NCBI GenBank assembly: GCA_034189385.1
Contig: JAXHVD010000001.1
Location: 256,001-320,000 of the forward strand
Reading direction: 5' to 3'
Source: Thermodesulfobacteriota bacterium
GTDB taxonomy: Bacteria; Desulfobacterota; Desulfobacteria; Desulfobacterales; C00003060
Length of the DNA stretch: 64,000 nucleotides
Shown here: positions 10,311-19,632 of the stretch, piece by piece
Layout: each line of letters starts with the position of its first letter
Position numbering within the stretch: the first letter of the stretch is position 1
Position numbers and translations under genes: made by a program
Notes under the pieces: generated by a model
Told to the model about the DNA's origin: nothing
Database searches by the model: none
Seen by the model: the letters and a program-made list of their open reading frames with translations, nothing else

Positions 10311-11285
10311 ATGTCCGCACAGATATCCATTTTTGTCGTTAACTACAATACCCGTGATTTGCTCAGGGGGTGTCTCCACTCTGTATTCGAAAATTGCGGG
10401 GATTCTGAGATAACGGTATTTGTGGCTGATAACAACTCTGACGATGGCAGTGCTGAGATGATGGGCGAGGTTTTTCCTGAGGTATACGTTGTCCGTCATC
10501 GGAACAACCTGGGGTTTACTAGAGCGATTAACAGACTCCTGCCCATGGGTCAAGGGGAATACTTCCTCATCCTCCACCCAGACATGGAGCTTACGGCGGG
10601 GACACTGAGGAGTCTTGTTGCCTTTTTGGAGGCCCATCCTAAAGCGGGTATCGTGGGGGGGAACTTGTACTATCCAGATGGCAGCCCAAACCCTTGCGAA
10701 ATACTCCTGCCCGGTTTCAGTAGTGATCTGCTGTGCTTTGCCTTTCGACTGTTCAGAAAGCTTCGTGAAGGCGTGGATCTGCCGCCAGTCCATAATCCCC
10801 TCGAATGGGACCATAAATCTGCAGTTCGGGTTAACTGGGTTTGGAATGCCTGCATGATGGTTCGTCGGCAGGTTTTTGAAAAGATAGGATTTTTTGATGA
10901 GCGCTTCTTCGTTTGGTATGCTGATTGGGATCTTTGCAGGAGAGCTTTTGAGGCTGGTTGGTCCACCCATTACGTGCCATCTGCAACGGCCATTCATCGC
11001 GAACGACAGAGTTTCAGTAATGCGTACATGACGAGGAAGGAAGTTCGATACAAGCTCGACGGCTGGTTCAGTGCACCGAGGCAGATAGAAGATCGGCATG
11101 TGTTTCTGAGAAAACATGTCAGCTGGGGATCCGTACTCGGTGCCAAGATCATATATGTGTTGGAGAACAGCTTGCGACTGCTTCATGTTCTGGGAAAAGT
11201 GGCCTTGGGGAAAAGTAGGCCCCATGAGACTTCGTATCAACTCAAGGCATGTCTCGAGACCATCCAGTCCATTATTAAGGCGTAG
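10311..11285 (+). CDS. glycosyltransferase family 2
   Basis: VNYNT, DNNSDDGS, NLGF and FDERFF. Confidence 0.9.
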   Translation: MSAQISIFVVNYNTRDLLRGCLHSVFENCGDSEITVFVADNNSDDGSAEMMGEVFPEVYVVRHRNNLGFTRAINRLLPMGQGEYFLILHPDMELTAGTLRSLVAFLEAHPKAGIVGGNLYYPDGSPNPCEILLPGFSSDLLCFAFRLFRKLREGVDLPPVHNPLEWDHKSAVRVNWVWNACMMVRRQVFEKIGFFDERFFVWYADWDLCRRAFEAGWSTHYVPSATAIHRERQSFSNAYMTRKEVRYKLDGWFSAPRQIEDRHVFLRKHVSWGSVLGAKIIYVLENSLRLLHVLGKVALGKSRPHETSYQLKACLETIQSIIKA

Positions 11286-11291
11286 TCTCAG

Positions 11292-12269
11292 ATGGAACCT
11301 ATCGTTAGCGTGATCATTCCCACGTACAATCGCTCGCGCTTCTTGGGCGAGGCTTTGGACAGTGCTTTGAATCAAACGTACAAAGAGATGGAAATCATCG
11401 TGGTTGACGATGGTTCCACGGATGACACTGCACAACTTGTGCAGAGGTATAAAGGGCGGATACAGTATATTTACCAGAAGCGGTCTGAACGATCCAACGC
11501 GAGGAATCGGGGGGTTCGGGAGTCCTGCGGAGAGTATATTGCCTTTCTGGATTCTGACGACCTTTGGCTGCCGGAGAAGATAGAACGTCAAGTGAAGATT
11601 TTGAATGAGAACGAGCAAATAGGCGTTGTTTACGCTGGGGTCCAGTTCATCGACGAGAATGGAAGAGCGTATGAAGGAAAGATTTGTTGGGAGGCGCTGC
11701 AACGAAAGCGCCAGAGCTTGTATGAAGATCTCATGACTTGCAACGTCATTAGCGGATCGGCGTCCTCAGTCCTATTACGTCGTGAATGCATAGACAGGGT
11801 AGGACCCTTCGACGAAGCCATGAATACCTGTGAGGATTTGGACCTCTGGCGAAGGTTAGCTGGACTTTATCGTTTTCAGAAGATAGATCTGCCCCTCGTG
11901 AAGTTGCGGGTGCATATCGAGAATACTCAGGACAGGTTGAGCGCAATGGCGAAGGGATACGAGACTATACTGTGGAAGATATGGAGGCAGGGAACACCTC
12001 CCGAATCGGCAAGCTATAAGAATGAAGCGATCATCAAACTCCTAGCTCAAATCGCCTCTCTTTACAAACAAGATCACAACTTGTGGCGATTTTTTTGGTT
12101 CTGTGGCAGGTCCGCATTGGAGAGATCGAACTGGTTCCTTACTTGGACCTTTTGGCAGGCTTTTATGCGTTTGTATCGCGAGCACCGTGACCGTTTCAGG
12201 CGTTGTGGTCGCACTGGACGTGCTGTTCAATGGCATGGACCGGAGGGAGAAGGCAATACCACTAGATGA
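11292..12269 (+). CDS. glycosyltransferase family 2
   Basis: VIIPTYN, VDDGSTD, FLDSDD and EDLDLW. Confidence 0.93.
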   Translation: MEPIVSVIIPTYNRSRFLGEALDSALNQTYKEMEIIVVDDGSTDDTAQLVQRYKGRIQYIYQKRSERSNARNRGVRESCGEYIAFLDSDDLWLPEKIERQVKILNENEQIGVVYAGVQFIDENGRAYEGKICWEALQRKRQSLYEDLMTCNVISGSASSVLLRRECIDRVGPFDEAMNTCEDLDLWRRLAGLYRFQKIDLPLVKLRVHIENTQDRLSAMAKGYETILWKIWRQGTPPESASYKNEAIIKLLAQIASLYKQDHNLWRFFWFCGRSALERSNWFLTWTFWQAFMRLYREHRDRFRRCGRTGRAVQWHGPEGEGNTTR

Positions 12270-12988
12270 AACGCTTGAAGGATTTGCTGGGGCGAGAAAG
12301 CCGAAAGCGTATCTCAGAGGCTTTGTTTAGAAGGAAATCCTATTACTTGGCAAAATATGGGAGGCGGCGGCGTGATCGAGTCAAAATAGACGCCTATATG
12401 GAGTCCACTTCTTGCAGGAAACTGAATCTTGGCTGTGGAGACAACCTTTTGGAGGGATGGCTGAATTCGGACATTCTGGATACGGGGAACGATAAAATTT
12501 TCGTAGATGCACGAGAGGCCTTCCCTTTCGGAAACGAGACTTTTCGCTTCATCTATTCCGAACACCTCCTCGAACACCTCGATTATGCCGACGGTTTGAA
12601 TTTTCTGAAGGAATCTCACAGAGTGCTTCAATGGGACGGGGTGTTGAGAATTTCAACGCCTGACCTCGGTTTTCTCGCTGATTTTTACGTAAACGATACA
12701 CCAGAAAACCAAACCTACCTCAAATGGGCTTCTCAATTTTACTGGCAATCCTTGGATGTTTTCAAAGCGCTCGTAGTGGATCGGTATTTCAGAAGTTGGG
12801 GCCATAGGTGCATATACGACTTCGACTTAATCAGGGATTCCTGTAAAGCGGTAGGGTTTACACACGTGAAGGCCGTGGAGGTAGGCGAGAGCGATTTCTC
12901 CGAGCTAAAAGGCATAGAACGTCACGGTGAGGTCATCTCCGAGCGATGGAACATTAAGGAATCTTTGGTAATTGAGGCGGTGAAGTAA
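12266..12988 (+). CDS. class I SAM-dependent methyltransferase
   Basis: LNLGCG, EHLLEHL and LRISTPD. Confidence 0.85.
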   Translation: MKRLKDLLGRESRKRISEALFRRKSYYLAKYGRRRRDRVKIDAYMESTSCRKLNLGCGDNLLEGWLNSDILDTGNDKIFVDAREAFPFGNETFRFIYSEHLLEHLDYADGLNFLKESHRVLQWDGVLRISTPDLGFLADFYVNDTPENQTYLKWASQFYWQSLDVFKALVVDRYFRSWGHRCIYDFDLIRDSCKAVGFTHVKAVEVGESDFSELKGIERHGEVISERWNIKESLVIEAVK

Positions 12989-13010
12989 AGGTGTAGTGCG
13001 GAGAGGTTAG

Positions 13011-13979
13011 ATGCTCCCAGTATCTATCATAGTCCCAGCCTGGAATGAGGAAAAGGTTCTCTCGAAAACATTTCAGGCTTTGGGGGGTGTTGATTACGAG
13101 AGGGAAAAAAGCGAACTCATCGTGGTAGCTGGTGGCGAAGACAAGACTTATGAGGTTGCAAAAGACCTTGCTGGATTGAAGCACCCATTCTCTCGGAATA
13201 TTGTGATTCCTCAGGAAGGGCGGGGAACCAAGAATGCTGCCATTCAGCAAGGTATCAGAGAAGCAAAGAACCCAGTGATCGTTTTACTCGATGCTGACAC
13301 TATCGTGAGCCCTCGCTGGCTTACACAACTGGTTGAGCCCATTGAAAGGGGAGAGTGCGATCTTGCCATTGCCAACTCTGAGCCGATCAGAAGAAACTGG
13401 GTGTCTGATTACTTCATGATCATTAAGACTTCTTCTGCTGAAGAGATCACGACCTATCCTGGTCATTCACTAGCCTTGAGGGCTGACATTGTTTTGCGGG
13501 ATGTCGATCATTTTTTCGACGAAAGTATATGGATGGGCGACGATTATATGTTGGTAACACGAGTAAAGGAAGCGGGAGGAAACACCATGTTCGTGAGGAG
13601 CGCCTTGGTGAAGACCCATTTTCCTTGTTCTCTCAGATATTTCATCAAGATAGAGACCAAGTGGTTAACCGCTTTTATCAATTTCAACGGCGTAAATCCA
13701 AGGACATTGCTGAAGAGTACCGTGATTATGGCGTCGTTGCTGACGCTCATGCCCTTTTCTTGGATCCTGTTTACCGGTTCATTGGTATTCCATGGGGCAT
13801 ACGTAGGTAAGAAGTTGAAAATGTTTCGCCTTGCAGCGAAACAGTACGAAACCAAGACGATTCGTCTTTTTGGCTTTATTTTCCTTTCCTACCTCTATCA
13901 TGTGCTAAACCTGGCAGCCCACATCCGTTATTTTTTGGGCATGTGGCAAGATTCTTACTACCAAGGACAGCGAGGTTGA
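13011..13979 (+). CDS. glycosyltransferase family 2 with C-terminal TM segments
   Basis: IVPAWNEE, LDAD and GDD. Confidence 0.85.
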   Translation: MLPVSIIVPAWNEEKVLSKTFQALGGVDYEREKSELIVVAGGEDKTYEVAKDLAGLKHPFSRNIVIPQEGRGTKNAAIQQGIREAKNPVIVLLDADTIVSPRWLTQLVEPIERGECDLAIANSEPIRRNWVSDYFMIIKTSSAEEITTYPGHSLALRADIVLRDVDHFFDESIWMGDDYMLVTRVKEAGGNTMFVRSALVKTHFPCSLRYFIKIETKWLTAFINFNGVNPRTLLKSTVIMASLLTLMPFSWILFTGSLVFHGAYVGKKLKMFRLAAKQYETKTIRLFGFIFLSYLYHVLNLAAHIRYFLGMWQDSYYQGQRG

Positions 13980-13989
13980 CGGAATAGAT

Positions 13990-14853
13990 ATGGCATCTAC
14001 GGCGTTCAGGGAGTTTTTTCGCCTTTGTTATAACGGCGCATGGAGCATGCCGGGTCTGCGCCGTTTTCTTCAAGCAGTCTTGCACGGATCAAGGCCTCTT
14101 GGGTCCTTATATAGCAAGTTTTTGTTGCAGCCAAGCTTGCCAAATGAGGATGTCGTCCTTGGCTTTGATGACCAACTCATCATTGTGCACAACCCCCGAA
14201 GGAATGTGATTGGACAAGAGATCTTCTTAAAGGGTGTATGGGAACCGGAGGTGACGCGATACATCGCCTCGAGAATCAGGCCGGGGATGACGATTCTGGA
14301 CGTCGGCGCGGATATCGGATACTACACGCTCCTATTTGCAAAAAGAGTAGGACCACAGGGAATGGTCTTCGCCTTTGAGCCGATTCCCGAAGCCTGTGTA
14401 ACCCTTGAGAAGAACATCCGGCTGAACGGGTACCAGAACGTGAGGGTTCTGGACTACGCCTTGTACGATAGTAATGGGTTCTTCGTTCTGGAGGGCCCAC
14501 TTGATATCTCGAGAATCAATCCGCTAAAGGCAGGAGAAGGAGAGAATGATCTGAGAGTCGAAACGAGGGTTTTCGATGATTGCTTGGAGGAACTGGATGT
14601 TGACTGCATCGACCTTGTTAAGATTGATGTGGAGGGGGCGGAGATGAACGTATTGGAAGGCATGAAGAAGTCACTCCAGAAATTCCATCCCGCCCTGTTG
14701 GTGGAGGTCCATCCAAATTATCTTGGAAGCTTCAATCGTGCGAGTGAGGATCTGATGGAGTTTCTTGATGACATGGGGTACAGGATCACTCCAGTGGATA
14801 GGCCTGCTCTGAACTTCCAAAAAGGCAATATAACAATCCACTGTAGGTATTGA
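13990..14853 (+). CDS. FkbM-family methyltransferase
   Basis: DVGADIGY, AFEP and KIDVEGAE. Confidence 0.92.
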   Translation: MASTAFREFFRLCYNGAWSMPGLRRFLQAVLHGSRPLGSLYSKFLLQPSLPNEDVVLGFDDQLIIVHNPRRNVIGQEIFLKGVWEPEVTRYIASRIRPGMTILDVGADIGYYTLLFAKRVGPQGMVFAFEPIPEACVTLEKNIRLNGYQNVRVLDYALYDSNGFFVLEGPLDISRINPLKAGEGENDLRVETRVFDDCLEELDVDCIDLVKIDVEGAEMNVLEGMKKSLQKFHPALLVEVHPNYLGSFNRASEDLMEFLDDMGYRITPVDRPALNFQKGNITIHCRY

Positions 14854-15035
14854 TTCTAATGAAATGCAGGAATAAAAGAGCATTAGCATAGGTGTTGATT
14901 TCCGGAGCCGCTTTAGCCCTTTACTTCCCATGCCAGAGGAGACCAGCAGAGGAAGTTGAGCTGGATATACCCATGCTGGAACGAAAGATCAGAGCTAAGT
15001 TTGAAGGTGCCCCATAGGTTCGTGGATCTGAAATA

Positions 15036-15920
15036 ATGGACGTTTCTGTTGTCATTCGTGCCAAGAACGAAGCCGAGTTTATCGGAGATACGTTGAGGAG
15101 GGTTGCAGAACAGAGGTTCGACGGCACGCACGAGGTAATTGTCGTCGACTCTGAGTCCAGCGATGAGACCCCGAGCATAGCGGAAAGGCATAAGGCAAAG
15201 GTAATTCGAATCGGTGCCCAGGACTTCACCTATGGCAAGGCGCTAAATTTGGGGGCTGATGCGGCTGAAGGGCGATTCATTGTAAACCTGTCTGCTCATG
15301 CCCTGCCGGCAGATGAAGCTTGGCTAGGAAACCTTCTTTGCGAATTTGAAATGCCTGAAGTCGCCGGCGTTTATGGGAGACAGTTGTCACACGGTCATGA
15401 AAACCCATTTGATGCCTGTAGAAACGAAAGTTTTTTCGGCAATACCAAGAAATGCTTCAACAGAGAGAATCGAAAAGCCTTGAGACATGTTCATTTCTCA
15501 AACAGCAACTCCGCCGTTAGAAGGGAGATATGGAAACAGTGCAAGTTTGATGAGGATGTCGGCTATGCTGAAGATGTCCTGTGGCAAAGAGCTGTCATTT
15601 CTGCTGGGTATACCATCGTATACGCTCCGTCGGCAGCGGTGTATCACACCCACCCGCTGCGCCTCCAAAGTGCTTTCAGAAACTCGAGAAACTGTGCACG
15701 AGCATTGGCATCGCTGGCTGGAAAACAACGTTCAACGCTATTGATTCTTTATGATTTGGCGGTGTTTTTGACACTCATGGCGAGTGGATTACACTCTAAT
15801 CTCTCATACATTGTGAAGAACAAACATTTCCATTTCTTAAAGACTACTCCGACGTACGTTTTGGCGGAAGGCTTGGGATGGCTCGTTGGGAGAATGGGCT
15901 ACAGGATAGCAAAATCCTGA
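15036..15920 (+). CDS. glycosyltransferase family 2 (rhamnosyltransferase-like)
   Basis: VIRAKNE, VDSES, FSNSNS, AED and VYHTH. Confidence 0.88.
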   Translation: MDVSVVIRAKNEAEFIGDTLRRVAEQRFDGTHEVIVVDSESSDETPSIAERHKAKVIRIGAQDFTYGKALNLGADAAEGRFIVNLSAHALPADEAWLGNLLCEFEMPEVAGVYGRQLSHGHENPFDACRNESFFGNTKKCFNRENRKALRHVHFSNSNSAVRREIWKQCKFDEDVGYAEDVLWQRAVISAGYTIVYAPSAAVYHTHPLRLQSAFRNSRNCARALASLAGKQRSTLLILYDLAVFLTLMASGLHSNLSYIVKNKHFHFLKTTPTYVLAEGLGWLVGRMGYRIAKS

Positions 15921-15946
15921 CCTTACACAACTCTGATGGCCAAGAG

Positions 15947-16963
15947 ATGGAAGGTGACAAACTGCCCAGAGTTTCCATCATCATCCCCATGAGAAATGAA
16001 GAGGCTTACATCGGCACCTGTTTGCAGTCTGTCGTAGAACAGGATTATCCTGTGACGCTCTTGGAAGTCCTGATCGTGGATGGCATGTCAGAAGATTCGT
16101 CAAGAAATATCGTCCAAAGCTTTTCCAATAACTGCCCTTATATCCGGCTGCTGGAAAACGCGGAAAAGGCAACGACGTGTGCTTTAAACATAGGGATCAG
16201 GGAGGCGACTGGAGATATCATCATTCGGGTGGATGCCCACTGCTTGATCGAGCCGGACTACGTCCGTTCCTGTGTGAGAGAATTAGGAAATACGGACGCT
16301 GACAATGTCGGTGGCCCTATGCGCCCTATCGGAAAGAGCTTTGTCCAAAAGGCTATCGCTCTAGCAATGAGTCATCCCTTCGGAGTCGGTGGCGGTAGAT
16401 TCCATTATAGTGAGAAGGAAATGTTCGTAGACACAGTATATTTGGGGGCATACCGTCGAGAGGTGTTTGAAAGAATCGGACTATATGACGAAGAAGCCCA
16501 TTACAGTGAGGATGATGAACTGAATTATCGTATAACGAGAAGCGGCGGTAGGATTTTGCTCAGCCCCCGGATTCGTTCGCATTACTACCCACGGACATCC
16601 CTTGCGGGTTTGTGGCGCCAGTTCTTCAGCTATGGCATGGGAAAGACACGAACGATGAGGAAGCACGGCAGGCCGATTACTTGGAGACAGTTAATTCCGC
16701 CTTTTTTTGTTTTGTCACTGATAGCTGGTTTCGTAGGATTTCTGGCTGACACAAGATTCGCGTTGCTTCTATTCGGCGTTTTGGGAAGTTATTTCATGTT
16801 GGCAGTCATTGCAGCCGCAAAGATAGGCATGAGAGAGGGTCGGAGGTTTTTTTTGATCATGCCGGTCGTTTTTGCCGTGATTCACGCCAGCTACGGCATG
16901 GGCTTTCTAACGGGAATTGCCATCTCATATTGGGCCGACCCGATTCTAAAGGGAAAAGCCTGA
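15947..16963 (+). CDS. glycosyltransferase family 2 (ExoA-like)
   Basis: IPMRNEE, VDGMSED, RVDAH and SEDDELN; C-terminal TM segments. Confidence 0.9.
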   Translation: MEGDKLPRVSIIIPMRNEEAYIGTCLQSVVEQDYPVTLLEVLIVDGMSEDSSRNIVQSFSNNCPYIRLLENAEKATTCALNIGIREATGDIIIRVDAHCLIEPDYVRSCVRELGNTDADNVGGPMRPIGKSFVQKAIALAMSHPFGVGGGRFHYSEKEMFVDTVYLGAYRREVFERIGLYDEEAHYSEDDELNYRITRSGGRILLSPRIRSHYYPRTSLAGLWRQFFSYGMGKTRTMRKHGRPITWRQLIPPFFVLSLIAGFVGFLADTRFALLLFGVLGSYFMLAVIAAAKIGMREGRRFFLIMPVVFAVIHASYGMGFLTGIAISYWADPILKGKA

Positions 16964-17023
16964 ATGTGATGAAGGCGTGATCGGTCGCGCTGACTTCATC
17001 CAGCCGGAGGACGAAAAGGCGGC

Positions 17024-18364
17024 ATGTTAAAGAGAAGTTTTGACATAACTCTATCTCTTATTGGCTTGATTCTTCTTACCCCCTTTTTTTTGGCTATTGC
17101 TATCTTCATCAAGCTCGATTCGAAGGGGCCTGTCTTTTTTCGGCAGACGAGGATCGGAAAAGGCGGGAAACCATTTCGTATGTTCAAATTCAGGACAATG
17201 GTCGACGCAGGACATTGGGTGGGCCCCCTACTTTCTCGCCAAAGTGATCCTAGAGTGACCACCATAGGTGCGATCTTAAGGAGACTGAAATTAAATGAGT
17301 TCCCCCAGCTGATCAATGTCCTTCGGGGTGAGATGAGCTTTGTAGGCCCAAGACCGGAAGTGCCTGAGTTTGTGAAGCTATACACCAAAGAACAGCAGAG
17401 AATACTGTGCGTCAGACCCGGTATTGTCGGGCCGAGTCAGATTCGTATGCGCAACGAGGAAGAGCTTTACCCTGAAGGTGTTGATCCACAGGTGTATTAC
17501 AGTCGCCATATACTGCCGATGAAATTGGGTGTGGACTTAAGTTATGTCGATAATCGGTCATTCGTGAAAGACGTGGGATACCTTTTTCAGGGAATATGGA
17601 CTACCATAACTGGAGCCATAACAGGTCGACATCTCTTTTCAAATTCGGAACAGATTGCCTTGTTTTTTTGTGATATATTCATCTGTGGCCTCTCCTACAG
17701 TCTGGCTTACTTCTTGCGGTTTGACGACGAGTTTAGTCGACTGCACAAGACCGTAGTGGCGCATACGCTCCCCTATGTGGTTGTTACGCGAATGGGGGCT
17801 CTCGCGTACTTCGGCCTCTATAGTTCCATAGTCCAATACTTCTCATTTAATGATGTGATCAAAGTAATTAAGGGAGTGTGCTTTAGCTCAGCATTGGTAA
17901 TACTTTTGGCTTTTCTGGTAGGTGAGCGATCCCATCCACGCTCCGTGTTCGCAATTGACTGGTTCATTGTCATGTTTCTTTTAGTTGGATACAGGGTGTC
18001 CTTAAGAACTCTTAGAGAGCGCTTGAATCAGAGGGAGCGTGAGGTTGAAGAAAAGGTGCTAATTTATGGAGCTGGGGACACGGGAGATCTTGCATTACGG
18101 TATTTGAGAATGCAGGGTATGCTTGATGTGGTGGCATTTGTAGATGATGACCCCAAAAAGCTCAGAAAGACCTTTAAGGGTATCAAGGTCTTAGGAAATC
18201 GAAACGATATCGAGGCATTGGTAAGGCTTCACCATGTCGATCATGTTCTTATTGCCATGGATGATCTAAATCATGAGAGTCTTGAGCAGGCGAAGATTCT
18301 TTGCAAAAAGGCCGGTGTCAGTTATGAAGTCTTTGCCCTGACCAACGGGGGGACTCGAGGTTGA
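17024..18364 (+). CDS. priming sugar-phosphate transferase fused to a TM + Rossmann-like (CoA-binding-like) region
   Basis: N-terminal KRSFD, KFRTM, DPRVT, GEMSFVGPRPE; C-terminal IYGAGDTG and FVDDDPKK. Confidence 0.88.
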   Translation: MLKRSFDITLSLIGLILLTPFFLAIAIFIKLDSKGPVFFRQTRIGKGGKPFRMFKFRTMVDAGHWVGPLLSRQSDPRVTTIGAILRRLKLNEFPQLINVLRGEMSFVGPRPEVPEFVKLYTKEQQRILCVRPGIVGPSQIRMRNEEELYPEGVDPQVYYSRHILPMKLGVDLSYVDNRSFVKDVGYLFQGIWTTITGAITGRHLFSNSEQIALFFCDIFICGLSYSLAYFLRFDDEFSRLHKTVVAHTLPYVVVTRMGALAYFGLYSSIVQYFSFNDVIKVIKGVCFSSALVILLAFLVGERSHPRSVFAIDWFIVMFLLVGYRVSLRTLRERLNQREREVEEKVLIYGAGDTGDLALRYLRMQGMLDVVAFVDDDPKKLRKTFKGIKVLGNRNDIEALVRLHHVDHVLIAMDDLNHESLEQAKILCKKAGVSYEVFALTNGGTRG

Positions 18365-18574
18365 CGGAGTAATGGAGTGTCAGAGTATTGGAGTAGTGGT
18401 CAGTGCGAAAGGATAAGAACCGCAGATATCAAAAGCTTAGAGTTTGGAATGACGCCATTGAGTATTATGCTGAGAGAGGCGAATGGACTAATCATCATAA
18501 TGGCGAAGGAAAGAAATGCGATTGATAGGAATGGTTGATGCAGTCCTCGACTACTGCGCTACTCCATCACTCCG
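18365..18574. repeat. empty inverted element with 8-nt-period arms
   Basis: CGGAGTAATGGAGTG...GAGTATTGGAGTAGT on the left and CTACTCCATCACTCCG on the right. Confidence 0.7.
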
Positions 18575-18591
18575 GTCGGCAGGGAGGATCC

Positions 18592-19578
18592 ATGAAAATT
18601 GAGGGTGCCAAAACGTTAGTCACAGGAGCCGGTGGATTCATCGGAAGTCACCTGGTGGAAGCCCTTGTGTTACAAGGCGCTGACGTACGAGCCTTTGTGC
18701 GCTATAATTCTAGAGGTGACCTGGGACTCTTGGAAAGATTATCAAAAAAGATTTCGACGGAAATAGAGATACTGGTGGGCGATTTGAAGGACTCAGAAGC
18801 AGTGAGGCGGTCAGTGAAACATTGTGATATGATTTTTCATCTCGGCTCACTTATCGCCATCCCTTATTCTTATGTTAATCCAATGGATTTTGTACAAACT
18901 AATGTCGTCGGGACAGCCAATCTCCTGAATGCCTGCCTGGAATCTGGGGTGGAAAAGATAGTCCACACGTCAACCAGCGAGGTATATGGTACGGCAGTGT
19001 ATTCTCCCATCGATGAAAGGCATCCTATCCAGGCTCAGTCTCCCTATTCAGCGACCAAAATTGCCGCAGAAAAGTTGGCGGAAAGCTATCACAGGAGTTT
19101 TGGGCTCCCTGTTGCTGTTGCTCGGCCTTTTAATACATACGGCCCGCGGCAGTCTGCCAGGGCTGTCATACCGACGATTATTCTGCAGGCACTGAATGGG
19201 AACAGCATTAGACTGGGTTCGCTCCATCCTACGCGGGATTTCACCTATGTGGAAGACACAGTGCGGGGGATCGTGGATGTTGCAGAATCGTCATACTCTA
19301 CTGGCGAAGTGCTTAATATAGGCTCGGGTCATGAAATATCTATTGGCGCCCTGGCAGAACGGATTATCTCTATCATGGGAAAGAGGGTGGGAATATTTAA
19401 AGACGACCAAAGGGTTAGACCGGAAAAGAGTGAGGTGGAAAGGCTTATATGTGATGCTTCCCGGGTGAGGAAGTTCCTGGGTTGGAAACCACGAGTAAGG
19501 TTGGACGAGGGTCTTGAGAGAACAGTTGGTTGGTTCAGGTCTTTCTACCAGAGTTCTGGACGAACCTATTTCTTATAA
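18592..19578 (+). CDS. NAD-dependent NDP-sugar 4,6-dehydratase (LegB-like)
   Basis: TGAGGFIG, LIAIPYSY, TSEVYG, YSATK and RPFNTYGPRQSARA; GGAGG RBS. Confidence 0.9.
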   Translation: MKIEGAKTLVTGAGGFIGSHLVEALVLQGADVRAFVRYNSRGDLGLLERLSKKISTEIEILVGDLKDSEAVRRSVKHCDMIFHLGSLIAIPYSYVNPMDFVQTNVVGTANLLNACLESGVEKIVHTSTSEVYGTAVYSPIDERHPIQAQSPYSATKIAAEKLAESYHRSFGLPVAVARPFNTYGPRQSARAVIPTIILQALNGNSIRLGSLHPTRDFTYVEDTVRGIVDVAESSYSTGEVLNIGSGHEISIGALAERIISIMGKRVGIFKDDQRVRPEKSEVERLICDASRVRKFLGWKPRVRLDEGLERTVGWFRSFYQSSGRTYFL

Positions 19579-19632
19579 TCCCGTTCTGAACGTTAAGAGA
19601 AGCGAAGAGAGAGGCCATGTATAATCGACATA

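Noticed and set aside
10152..11702. 516-aa minus-strand ORF
   Set aside because: Antisense shadow of clear glycosyltransferase genes; no recognisable motifs
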